The notes under the pieces: model-generated | Seen by the model: only the letters and a program-made list of their open reading frames with translations | Told to the model about the DNA's origin: nothing | Databases searched by the model: none | Shown here: piece by piece, positions 1 to 10,804 of the stretch | Position numbering within the stretch: the stretch's first letter is position 1 | Layout: the number at the start of each line of letters is the position of its first letter | Position numbers and translations under genes: made by a program | Assembly (NCBI GenBank): GCA_025201805.1 | Contig: MU619297.1 | Location: 57,724 to 121,723 of the forward strand | From: Parasitella parasitica NRRL 2501 | Taxonomy: Eukaryota; Fungi; Mucoromycota | Direction of reading: 5' to 3' | DNA: 64,000 nt

Positions 1-364
1 GTACTATATATTTAAACTTGTATGTGTAATTCAGCAGTATTTATATTCGAAGATGGAACTTGAGTATGTTTTTAAGTCAAAACCGGCGTATTACAGTAAA
101 AAAAATGTGCCAAGGATGTCTTACTCAAAGGTTTGTCTTATATCTAATAGCTTGAATGTGAAATGTATACTTTGAATCACAAAATGCCAAAAATTAAACA
201 AACACTCACAACAAACACACTCAGGACAGTAAAGATGGATCATGGCCAATTAAATAGCCTTATTTGTAGGAGTTATTTATTGTCATCGGGACACTTTTAA
301 GCAGGAGTCCTCGGGCATGTCCTCGGCTTAATGGGGTCAGATAAGTCTACTTCTATTTAAGAGC

Positions 365-458
365 ACTAAGCGAATTTTATTTCTGATCAGGCGACATTTT
401 ATTTCTGATTGGGCGATATTTTGTTCGGCGCGGACAACATAATTTATTGGATCAACTG
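365..458 (-). mobile_element. Orphan Tc1/mariner-like transposon end with subterminal repeats
   Basis: Ends ...GGATCAACTG|TA (minus strand TA|CAGTTGATCC). Preceded by three copies of GCGA(C/T)ATTTT(A/G)TT at 370, 391 and 413. The partner end is not in the window. Confidence 0.45.
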
Positions 459-835
459 TATCATGATCGAAAAAGGGAACTGCAGATAGATCTCCCCCTT
501 TATCCCCTCCTTCTTATTTTGAATGATGATTTTCAAGAATAAAATGAAAAAGGGGATCATCCAAGTGTATATGAAATAAAGGGCTCTTGTCCTTTTGCGC
601 TCAAAAAGAAGCGTCGTTTAATAATTGCTTTCTTCAACATTTATAGCTATTTGTTTGCAGAGGAGTACAAGACAAATATAATTAATGGATAAATACGGTA
701 TATAAATAGTAAAAAAAAAAAAAAAAAGAGAGTTGTAGTGACGGTTCCAATACAATATCATCGCCTTATCCTGTTTCCTCTTCTTCTTGCCCTTCTTTTG
801 TCCCTTTCAGATTTCATAGCATTTAATAACAAATA

Positions 836-2895
836 ATGCCCTTTTTAAGTCTATTCTCAAGATCCAAATCTATGTTTTCAAAGCTAAACGGCCACAGCAA
901 AAAGACATGTTCAAAACCACAGCTGCAACTCTACTTTAATACCTCAATGTCGAGTCTACCAAACTCATCCACCACTTCTTCCAATGCCACAATCGACTCG
1001 ATCCTAGACAACTCGTCATCTGCCTGGTTATTCAAGAAAGGAAACAGCTATTTGTTTGGCCGAGGCGGCTACCAGAGATCGCAGAAACTGGCTGTAGCCT
1101 ATTTTGAAAAGGCAATGGCATTAGGCAGCGCCAAAGCAGAAGGCGTCCTGGGCTTCTGCTATGAATTTGGGATGGGTGTGGAGACAGACTTTGTGCAGTC
1201 GGAGCACCATTATATTCAAGCAGCAAAGAAAAACGACGGCCTCAGTATCGCTCGATTGGCGTTCCTGAGAAAATACGGAAGACCAAATGTAAAGATTGAT
1301 CGCTCAGAAGCGGAAGAGTGGACTGAACACATAAGACATAAGCCCGACGCAATCCAGTGGATTGTGGAAGCAGCATCGATAAGCAATGACTCTGCTGCCC
1401 AATATGCACTAGGTGTTTGTTATCATGATGGAATATCGGTGCCTAAAGACGAACATGCGGCTTTCCGCTGGTACAAAGCAAGTGCAGATCAAGGCAATGC
1501 TCGTGGGCAAGGCATCTTGGGCTACTGCTACGGCGAAGGGTTTGGCGTAGAGAAAGACGAAAAAATTGCAATGGAGTACTATCGAATGGCTGCGGCTCAA
1601 GGCGAAACTGTAGCCATTTACAACATTGGCTACTGCTACGAAGACGGTATCGGTGTGGAAAAAGACCCAGTCGAGGCTGTCCGATACTACAGAATGGCGG
1701 CCGAACAAGGCAACGCTTTTGGACAAAATTCGCTGGGATACTGCTACGAAGATGGCATCGGCGTGCAGGAAGATTTCAACGAAGCTGCAAAGCTCTACCA
1801 GCTCTCGGCAGAACAAGGATACCCATGGGCTCAATGTAATCTGGGCTATTGCTATCAAAACGGTATTGGCGTGCTTAAGGATTCATCTCTCAGCGCTTAT
1901 TGGTACAAGAAAGCTGCCCTTCAAGGTCATGCCCGTGCTCAACACAATCTCGGCTTTTGCTATCAGAACGGCATTGGTGTAGATCAAGATGAAAGCAAGG
2001 CGATCATATGGTACAAACGCTCATCGGAGAGGGGCAACATCTTTGCGTACCACTCGTTGGGATACTGCTACCAAAATGGCATTGGAGTGCCTGTGAATGA
2101 GCAAGAAAGCTTTTTCTGGTACTATCTCAGTGCCCAAGAGAACCACCCTCCTGCTCAGCTATCCTTAGGCTACTGTTATAGAAATGGCATCGGGGTTCCC
2201 AAAAATGAAATGGAAGCCTGCAAGTGGTTTCGCAAATCAAGCGAAAACGGAAATGCCCTAGCACAAAATTCATTAGGCTTTTGCTATGAAGAAGGCATTG
2301 GTGTCAAAAAGAACCCTCAAAAGGCTGCCTTTTACTACATGAAGTCTGCAAAACAAAACAACCCTTGGGCACAATGTAACCTCGGATTTTGTTACGCAAA
2401 TGGCATTGGAGTTCCTCAAAGCAATGAGCATGCTGTCTATTGGTATCGCAAAGCAAGCGCTCAGAATCATGCACGTGCGCAGGACAAGCTTGGCATGCAC
2501 TTGCAGAGCGGATTGGGTGTGGACAAAAATCTCGAGGATGCCTTCTGTCTCTTTCAAAAGGCTGCTGAAAACGACAATATTTCGGGACAGTACCATCTTG
2601 CCAACTGCTATGAGAAAGGCCTCGGCTGTGAGGTTGATCTGCAGAAGTCAATGAGATATTTCGAACGGGCTGCTTTAGGTAAGTCTGACTTTTATGCAAC
2701 TCTCCATAGAGCTGAAGGCGACTCTTTTCTGATTTTTTTTTAGCTGGCTGTCGGAACTCTCATGAAAGACTACGATTATTGATTGTTAGAGAATGTTTGC
2801 TATCCCCTGAAATCACATCGACATTAGCAAGTGCAAATGAGGAAGATTTGATCTTTGGTGGGCTTATCATTGGCCACAGTGCGCCGGCCGCGTAA
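836..2895 (+). CDS. SEL1-like repeat protein (about 14 tandem 36-aa repeats)
   Basis: 635-aa ORF of repeats AQxxLGxCYxxGxGVxxDxxxAxxWYxKAAxQG. Intron GTAAGT 2679..TTTTAG 2743 gives an in-frame last exon (AGCRNSHERLRLL...HSAPAA*) ending TAA at 2895. Confidence 0.92.
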
Positions 2896-3376
2896 GCTTA
2901 TCAGGATTTCTCACATGCAGAATTTTGCAAATAAATTTGCTGCCAAGACGCTCACTCTGTTTCTGTTTACCTGTTTATCACAACATATAATCAATGATTT
3001 CGAAAATCTAAATGCTGGGCCCAATCATTCATATCATGGTGGAACTTTTTTATTAATGTTTTTATTATTTTGTGATCTGTGTCTCATTGAATAATTAAAA
3101 GTTTCAAAAAGTATCATGAGATTCTTTCCTCCTGCCACAAATAAGCCTGGAACAAGAGGTGACGGGAAACTTTATTTCAAAGTGTAGTTGATAATCCAGG
3201 CTAATAACATTTTCTGTTTGGGATGCAACCAACGTCTGCCAAGCTCAGAAGCCGTATTGAATGCTACATAGTTATACATGAAAATTAATAGACATACAGT
3301 GCAAAAAGCGCATTTTTATTGACAAACAATGTCGTCTTTTTTACAGTAAAATCAAGTCCTAACTTGCCACAAAATC

Positions 3377-4546
3377 TTGTTAGATGTTAGTGCCCTGAAT
3401 TTAGAAAAACAGCAAAATAAACAACTAAGACAGCACAAAAGAGCAACAGGACATAATCCAAACATTGACAACAAGCCAGCAATTACTGAGATCGCAGCCA
3501 CAGCTTGCTTTGGCAGGCTAAGGATACGGCAGATTGATAAATTGAGAATTTGGACCAACACAGGTAAAAACTGGTTTTAAACACCATATCCCATCCCAAA
3601 CTAGCAAAGAAGACAAAATTCAAGTTTTTTTTTATAGCTTTATTGTAAGTCTGTCGCCAAACATAAAGTTCAAAAAAAGACAGTTAGAATCTTATGTTGC
3701 AGGCTCAACTACCGTATCATCAACCTTCCAGCTTCGTTTCTGAAGTCAACCAGTGGGCTTCGAAGTGAAGTTCAGACATCCAAAGAGAAAACGGATTGCT
3801 GAAATGCCCTGCAGCTGCAATTTCAAATCTGTCTTCTACGCTCAATTGTACATTGCAGAAAGAAAAATGAAGACTATGATGAGCTGTACATCTCTTTATT
3901 AAAAAGTACTAGAATACCCGAAGGTGTAGTGAGTCCTGGAAAAATCACAATAATGTTAAACACCGTATATACACAGAATACAAAGGCTGGAAGTCCAAAG
4001 AAGAATTATGAATACTGGACAGAATTTGTGGAAGCTGATGTTTTTGAACACTTGACTCTACCCCCGCGCTCTCACTTTAGGCTCCAGGCAAATCAATCAA
4101 GATACCGGCTTGTCTACTTTTACAAATTCGGCTCTCGCATAAAGTGGCTCAGACGATTTGGTGGGTTCTGGAAACACCAGCTACATGGCCGCTATACACC
4201 AACGCTGATAAAAAATGAACATAATACGTCGCAAACGTATGTTTTCTGCTTCCACAAGCTTTCTCATCCTGTGGCTGCACTCAATGGCAAAATGCAGCGA
4301 ACAGCCGGTTCATTTCTTTGCTTAAATCCCGAATGCCCCAATGACTTCAAGACAATGTGCCGCGACCAAGTCTCAGCACTTGCAGTTGGTCTTGCTGGTC
4401 TTGGTTGCCTTTTGTTTGGGAGTAACTTTCCCCTGCTTCGACCCAAACCCCACCACTGCCAAGCGCACACAATTCAACAATTTAGCCCTATCTTTTTTGT
4501 ACTGAAAACAGATACTGGGCTCGCCTTTTGATAGAGGCAATACTCT
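3377..4546 (+). pseudogene. Fanzor1 (eukaryotic TnpB-like RuvC nuclease) remnant
   Basis: ORF 3929-4531 contains GSRIKWLRRFGG, RuvC-II-like KNEHNTSQT, Zn ribbon (Y)VFC...CLNPEC and RuvC-III-like CRDQVSALAVGL. Removing one G at 4418-4420 restores the tail LFGVTFPCFDPNP...FNNLALSF. RuvC-I is degenerate, there are internal deletions, and the upstream fragments (e.g. TVRIL at ~3680) are broken by stops. The 5' limit is approximate. Confidence 0.8.
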
Positions 4547-4670
4547 TCGAAGGTTAGTAGACAAATATAAAACGTGGAGATAGCTCAATATTAATCGAGC
4601 GCTGCATCTTTGGTTTTGATCTTTTAATACTATCGGGTAAGTAACATTTTGATTTAGCTTGCTATACCGT
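4500..4670 (+). ncRNA. Candidate Fanzor omegaRNA scaffold
   Basis: Position overlaps and follows the Fanzor 3' end, as in TnpB/Fanzor loci. Four consecutive possible stem-loops: 4523-4538, 4541-4559, 4578-4609, 4633-4669. Confidence 0.45.
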
Positions 4671-5198
4671 TACAATATTAAAATCACGCTATAGAGGAGC
4701 GGATGATCCTTTGTGTCAAATTGAGCAAGCGAGATACGGTACGGGCCTAAAACTAGGGTTGCTCTACAGCCACAAATTTGTAGCTGACAAAAGAAAGAAT
4801 ATTGCAAGCAATAGGAATATGCATGGAGATGGAAATTATCAAAAAAAAAAAAAAAAGCCTCTATAGAACACCTCAAAAGATCGACATTGTAAGTTGCTAG
4901 AGAACTAGATTGATCCGTATGTACTGCTTTTGTGTTTGTATACGAGGAGGCGTTATACAGCCAAGTAATACAGTGAGTCGTCTGCTGAGGTGGTCCAGCT
5001 TAATTCCAATCCAACATGCCCAAAAAGTAGTAAAAGGCATTGGTTTTGAGACGGAGTCAGTGGCTTTAACAGGCCAAAGAAGTATATGCATCTAGTAAAG
5101 ATATAATACGTATTAGCATTTGTTCTTCAAAATAACAGCAATGCACCATTCCTTTTGTACTGAGTCATTTAGCAGGTCGCCAAGATAAGTAAACGTAT

Positions 5199-5527
5199 AC
5201 GCTACTCATGATAGTCCGTATATGTGCCTAAAGGCTGGATATACTTCGTTATCACTTTTACTCGGGGCGGCTAACAATAGCCTACCAACAAGGTGCTAAT
5301 GCTGGCTTGTTAGATTCCCTTACTTCATTCTTGAACAATGCAGGATGTACAGGAACCTTGATAAAAAAAGTACACGCTACTCATGATAGTCCGTATATGT
5401 GCCTAAAGGCTGGATATACTTCGTTATCACTTTTACTCGGGGCGGCTAACAATAGCCTACCAACAAGGTGCTAATGCTGGCTTGTTAGATTCCCTTACTT
5501 CATTCTTGAACAATGCAGGATGTACAG
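5199..5527. repeat. Perfect 154-bp direct duplication
   Basis: 5199-5352 is identical to 5374-5527 (ACGCTACTCATG...GGATGTACAG), separated by 21 bp. Confidence 0.95.
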
Positions 5528-6149
5528 TGATGCCTGACAAAAGAGGATGTGGAACTTTGTAGAAATAAGTAAAAGTGACTAATCATTGCTTGCCTTTAAA
5601 AATCTAGTTGATATTGAAACACCTCTTTTTAGCGCAAATTGTTGTTTTACACAATCTGTTTTATAAGAAAAAGTTTTTGACTTCATTGGAGAAAAAATGA
5701 GATTCTTTTTGCAAAGGAACCCCATTGTTAACGACGAATAATAATCCATGATGGGCTGGGAAACAGTTCCTTTGTGCAGCCATCTTAACAACAGGCGTAA
5801 AAATATTTCAAGTTAACACTCATACCTCAAAAACTTTCATTCATGCTCTTCCACTATTCCCTCTGGTAGTAGAGTTCGATAGCCAGGATCCTGTAAAGGT
5901 TATGGCGATAAACACATGTCCCTATAAAATTGATAGGGTTAAATACACACAATCAAAATGCTTAATACGTAATCGTACGGAAAACTGTAATGGCATTTGA
6001 GGCAAAAATACATATAATTAAGAGTAAAAAAATTCTTTATTTGAACTAGTTAAAAGTCTCTCTTTGTTTCGAAGCAACGCGCTTTTACTTGCAGGAATAA
6101 CCACGAGAGGGTGGAAACTATCTATTCCCAGCCCCCAGATCCCAAGTTG

Positions 6150-6501
6150 TCTCCCCCAGATCTGAAGACGCATTGTCTTCTACAGGCATCTGAGCCGAAC
6201 TTCGAAGAGTCTCCGCACTCAGCCGCCAGAAGAGTGAAGCACTAGAAAAGTTAACGCCAATACTTTAAATGCTAGCGATCGAAGCCGGACTTCAAAGAGT
6301 CTCTGCACTCAGTCCACCAGCAAGTAAAGTCCCCCAGATTCAAAGACGCCAACTTCACATTGTCGAAGATCTGACCCGAGAAACCCAGTAGAGGCAACGT
6401 CTGCAGCCAGCCCCAAGACAACAAAAGTACCACAACACGATCATGAACCTGCTACCAGGTATCTGAGCCGGACTTCAAAGAGCCTCTGCCACACAGCCGC
6501 C
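6150..6501. repeat. Dispersed imperfect short repeats
   Basis: AGCCG(A/G)ACTTC(G/A)AAGAG(T/C)CTC(C/T)GC...CAG at ~6190, ~6282 and ~6464; CCCCCAGAT..(G/A)AAGACGC at ~6153 and ~6331. Confidence 0.75.
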
Positions 6502-6630
6502 CAATCTGCAACACACTTGAGACAACACAAGCATACCACAACAGGTTTTATTTAACATTAGAAAAGAAGACTGCAGAAAAAAAAAGAAGAAAAAAGTTTA
6601 TGGGGAGGTTACATATCTTTATCCGAATAG

Positions 6631-7224
6631 AAAAGTTATGATGATAAAAAATCTGCTCTAGGACGAAAAATCGACTTGCTTCTCAATGCAAGCTTCATGG
6701 AAATAAGCTCCTCTGAATGGAAGAAGGGCGGTATATCTTTTGGACTAGCAGAACAGCAACAAATAAAAAATGTCCGCACAAACAGTGCCATTCTTCGAGA
6801 ATTATTGAAATTACCTATAAACCAAGAAAAAAAGAATGATTTATTCGTTCTTGGGATGGATTGGATCGGTAAGTTTTTGAAGTTATTCATGCACTGGAAA
6901 ATCAAAATTTACTTTATTCAACGGACCATAGGTGTTTGTGGCTATGTCTTTGCCATGAAAGAGACAAATGATGTACACGTTGGTTATCATGTTGGGGATT
7001 TGATTCTTCCGGCCTCCCTCTCCTCGTTTGAAGATTTTCAGAAGACTCTTGATACACTTTTCTCTTTTAAAAATCATCAACTGAGACTCAAGAGGATTAT
7101 TGAGCCAGCTTACAACAAACAAAGTGCCTCAAATACGTTGAGATCTTTTAGATATATCGCCCCACCTCCAAACCAACAATCAACACCACCTAATACATTT
7201 TTTACGCCTGTAAAAAAGCAATAA
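6631..7224 (+). pseudogene. C-terminal fragment of a PD-(D/E)XK / REase-fold protein (Crinkler-REase-like Mucorales family)
   Basis: GRKIDLLL...EISSSEWKK...QQIKNVRTNSAIL...GMDWIG|GYVF. In-frame 63-nt intron 6869-6931. No recognisable upstream exons; paralog at 12975-15318. Confidence 0.65.
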
Positions 7225-7729
7225 TAATTAAAAAAAAAATGGCAATCAATAAAGCGTATATATTTCGTATCATGTCGCGTTTATACAAGTGCTACAACCT
7301 TGTCCAAACGGCTGTAAACACAATTTGAGCCCTTGAAGTAATTGCAGAATTATAACTTGCATTTCTGTAACACACTTGATTCTTAAAGTACGAAACTGGA
7401 TGAGATAAGTATGAAACCACTCGATAGTCAAAGACAAAGAAACTACTTGATGGAAAAAAAAAAAAAAACAATATATTGGTATTTTATGATAATTTGGGTA
7501 GTGGAGCGAAATAACAACTTACTTTGTCCTCCAACAAATAGCTTTATTTTTTCAGATCATACACATCAACATCAAATGGCAAACTACTTATTCTATTTTA
7601 TGCAGAGATAGAGCTAATACTCCAAAATTGGGCAGAGACCTAGACAAGATTGGGGTGATCAATACGGAAGCAGGTGAAAACTGACCGGGTGACTTGCAGC
7701 AATCAGGCTTCAAATAAGGAACAGGGCCC

Positions 7730-8158
7730 GACGCCTTACAGCTATCAAATGCGACTACCAAAATGAATACCGATTCAAATGAAGAAAGCAAAAGATGAAT
7801 ATGGATACTCATCGGGTGCCGCCGGACGCCTTACAGCTATCAAATGCGACTACCAAAATGAATACCGATTCAAATGAAGAAAGCAAAAGATGAATATGGA
7901 TACTCATCGGGTGCCGCCGGACGCCTTACAGCTATCAAATGCGACTACCAAAATGAATACCGATTCAAATGAAGAAAGCAAAAGATGAATATGGATACTC
8001 ATCGGGTGCCGCCGGACGCCTTACAGCTATCAAATGCGACTACCAAAATGAATACCGATTCAAATGAAGAAAGCAAAAGATGAATATGGATACTCATCGG
8101 GTGCCGCCGGACGCCTTACAGCTATCAAATGCGACTACCAAAATGAATACCGATTCAA
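7730..8158. repeat. Perfect 95-bp tandem repeat, 4.5 copies
   Basis: ACGCCTTACAGCTATC recurs at 7731, 7826, 7921, 8016 and 8111; the units appear identical. Confidence 0.97.
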
Positions 8159-9399
8159 GCTTTCAAATAAAAAAGTGGCTAGGCGTCTTCCAGTCACCTA
8201 AAACGAATATTATAAGTAATAATGATTGACATCTATTTTTATGAATCCCAATACAGTTTACTTCTGCAGTCTGTAGGACTCAAGCAGTCAGATATGCTTT
8301 CCTTGTATTAATCCTCCATTTACTTTCACGTTGCTGCGGTTAATGGAAAGAAAGGAGAAATAATTTACGGGACAGCCAGCTACTTAGCTTGAAAATTGAG
8401 TGGCGGTCATGTTGACGTCACCAAATGATGAATGATTCCCAGGTTTTTTTTTTTCCTCTTTGTGTTGACACTACGGCGATTGCAGCTTAGCCATTCCCGA
8501 CTCATACATTTCGTTATCAGACGGTCACTAACGTTGCTTTACTCAAAAGATTGATACGATAAGTACTAGAAGTTTACCGAGACTTTTCTCTAATTCCTAA
8601 CCACTTTTGTGAGTACATCGCTTGAAGTTATTTACTTGTTCCAAGTATGGAACAATATCATTCTAAATGTATTGACCCCCAAACTTAAGGTAAATATATA
8701 ATATAAAGTGATATGAAAATTAAGAGGTAACTAATACGAAATGTGATTTTGTAGACTCCTTATCGAATGCTGCAGAAGAAGACTTCGTTTCTCAGCTGAC
8801 GAGAACGGTCCTTGAATTAAAAACATTTCTTTCTACCCTTAATGTCCGTAGCAGGTTTCTTGTGGTCAGGGTTGGCACCAAGAGCGATAGCCGTAATAAC
8901 TTTGGTGGCCTTTAAATTTGGTTGTTTATAAGCCTGATCAAAAGAGACAACAACTAACCTGAGGAACAAAATGGCGTTGTCTTTTTGGAAAAAGTGTTTG
9001 GAGCAGTGTATTGAATGCCAGGATGAAGATCATGAAGATGTAGAAATGACTTTTAGCTGGTTTTAAATGCACTTATAGATAGATATTTGTTTTTTATGTT
9101 CGCAACTAGATAAAAGCAATAATGAAACACTGTTTTTTTTCAATAAGAATAAATCGAATAGGTAGTTCTATCGAATGGTGTAAGTGCGAGCCAGTAATAG
9201 AAATACATAACCAATGCCTTGTTGTTTTTATATTGAAATATGCCATCCTCTCCAAGTATTGACTATATTATACTCTTCATCTAGAATCAGAAGGCCGAAG
9301 GGGGAAATAACTTAGTTACCAAGAATAACATCACAATAATGTTATTAACTCTTTTCTCAATCAAATTTTTCGAGTAATTGATTATTTCACAACAGAAGT

Positions 9400-10175
9400 T
9401 GAGAGTCGAGAAGATCGTTGTTAGAAACGAAAGTTTCGTGCAAACTTTCCTTTTGAGTCGTTCAAAAAGTGAAAGAAAGACTCCTGATCTGACCTACAGA
9501 ACTCCCATTACAGAGGACACATGTTGTCACGTTTTGATCGTGAACTCCGGACTTTGGCAACAAGATAAGTGCTATCTCATTGCCGCACATATACTCCTTT
9601 TGTGATAATAAAAATTCTGGAGATGTCGTTGTACATTGCACTTGCTTTCTCATTGATCGTTGGCAATAACTGTAATGATTTTTGGAAAATATAAATTCGT
9701 ACAGCAGATGCAAATAACCGATTTGATTGCTCGCCACAGTGATTCACTCTATACTCAGATTGGTATTGCTCATATTCTTTGTTCAGCTCTATAATGACTA
9801 GCGTCGTCGGCATGTTCAGCCCTGTACTGGCGAGCTTCTTCTGTATGACCTGTGCGCAATATGTCTCTTGAAAGGTTCTGACTTCTCCTCGGTGAGCTAA
9901 TCTATAACGAGCCTCTCTCTGCCTATTTGGGATCCTTGCCCTTTCTTCATTAATTGAATCGGGAACGTTAATTCTCAAACGTAGTCTTGTTTGCTGATTA
10001 CGTGTATCACGGTTCGTAACTAATGAACAGAAGATCTGATCTCGGGCGAAATGTTATTTCTCAACAAAGACGCTGGAAACCTTATAAATATTTGCTCGTT
10101 CTCATTGTTGTCTGTACAGCCTGAGCTTTCAGTATGAGCTCTTTTCTGTTCTCTTAAATTGTCAGTTCTCTCCAT
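9400..10175 (-). pseudogene. Degenerate gene relic of unknown family (probably TE-derived)
   Basis: ATG at 10175 (MERTDNLREQKRAH...) then stop/frameshift into the Arg/Gln/Glu-rich ORF 9577-9978 and a CxxC fragment (TTCVLCNG). No family recognised. Confidence 0.3.
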
Positions 10176-10404
10176 TTTAGTGAATGTAATGAAGTTAGGG
10201 TTACTGTATACTCACATTTATTCCCATAGATACAAACCCCACTTGGTTCCTCAATACTTAATCAACACAATCTATTTATCACATTGCAATTCGACATGCT
10301 CCATTGGAAGAAAAACTAAACGCACAGCACAACTTTTGACGCGGAATGACACCTCTTTCATTATGGATTCACGAAATTGTTGATCACCATGGTGCGGAAG
10401 ATCT

Positions 10405-10532
10405 TACATAGGAATAACTGGCTTGTGGCAGCCAAGCGTTCATAGCGACGTTGCTTTTTGATTCTTCGATGTCGGCTCTTCCTATCATACAGAAGCAGAA
10501 TTCAGTAAGCGTTGGATTGTTCACCCACTAAT

Positions 10533-10564
<32 letters not shown>

Positions 10565-10804
10565 AACAGGTTAGTTTTGCCCTACTGATGGTATTGGTAT
10601 CGTAACGGTAATTGAAGTTAGTACGAGAGGAACCCTTCATTCAGATAATTGGTATTTGCGGCTGGTTGAAAGGCCAATGCCGCGAAGCTACCATCTGCTG
10701 GATAATAGCTGAACGCCTCTAAGTTAGAATCCATGCCGAAAACGGTACTACTGTGTTTTGATTGTACCAGATGAGTACGAATAAAGCTTTTGCTTGAAAA
10801 CCTT
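10405..10804 (+). rRNA. Orphan fragment (pseudogene) of the 3' part of 25S/28S LSU rRNA
   Basis: Conserved LSU domain V/VI text: ATAACTGGCTTGTGGCAGCCAAGCGTTCATAGCGACG, GATGTCGGCTCTTCCTATCAT, GAACGTGAGCTGGGTTTAGACCGTCGTG and the sarcin-ricin loop AGTACGAGAGGAAC. Only ~400 bp, with apparent substitutions relative to the conserved consensus. Confidence 0.93.

Noticed and set aside
3296-3325. TA|CAGTGCAAAAAGCG as the left TIR of the Fanzor element
   Set aside because: No matching inverted copy found downstream, and TACAGTG alone can occur by chance.
3929-4531. Functional Fanzor/Cas12 nuclease
   Set aside because: Too short, no clear RuvC-I Asp, a Zn ligand lost, a frameshifted tail and stops upstream.
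7730-8158. CRISPR array
   Set aside because: Units are identical end to end with no unique spacers; eukaryotic context; no cas genes.
7560-9060. Gene surrounding the 95-bp array
   Set aside because: It looks like decayed coding DNA, but no sustained frame or recognisable motif could be assigned.
10405-10804. Functional rRNA gene or rDNA array edge
   Set aside because: Only ~400 bp; no 18S, 5.8S or rest of the LSU; flanked by unrelated DNA.
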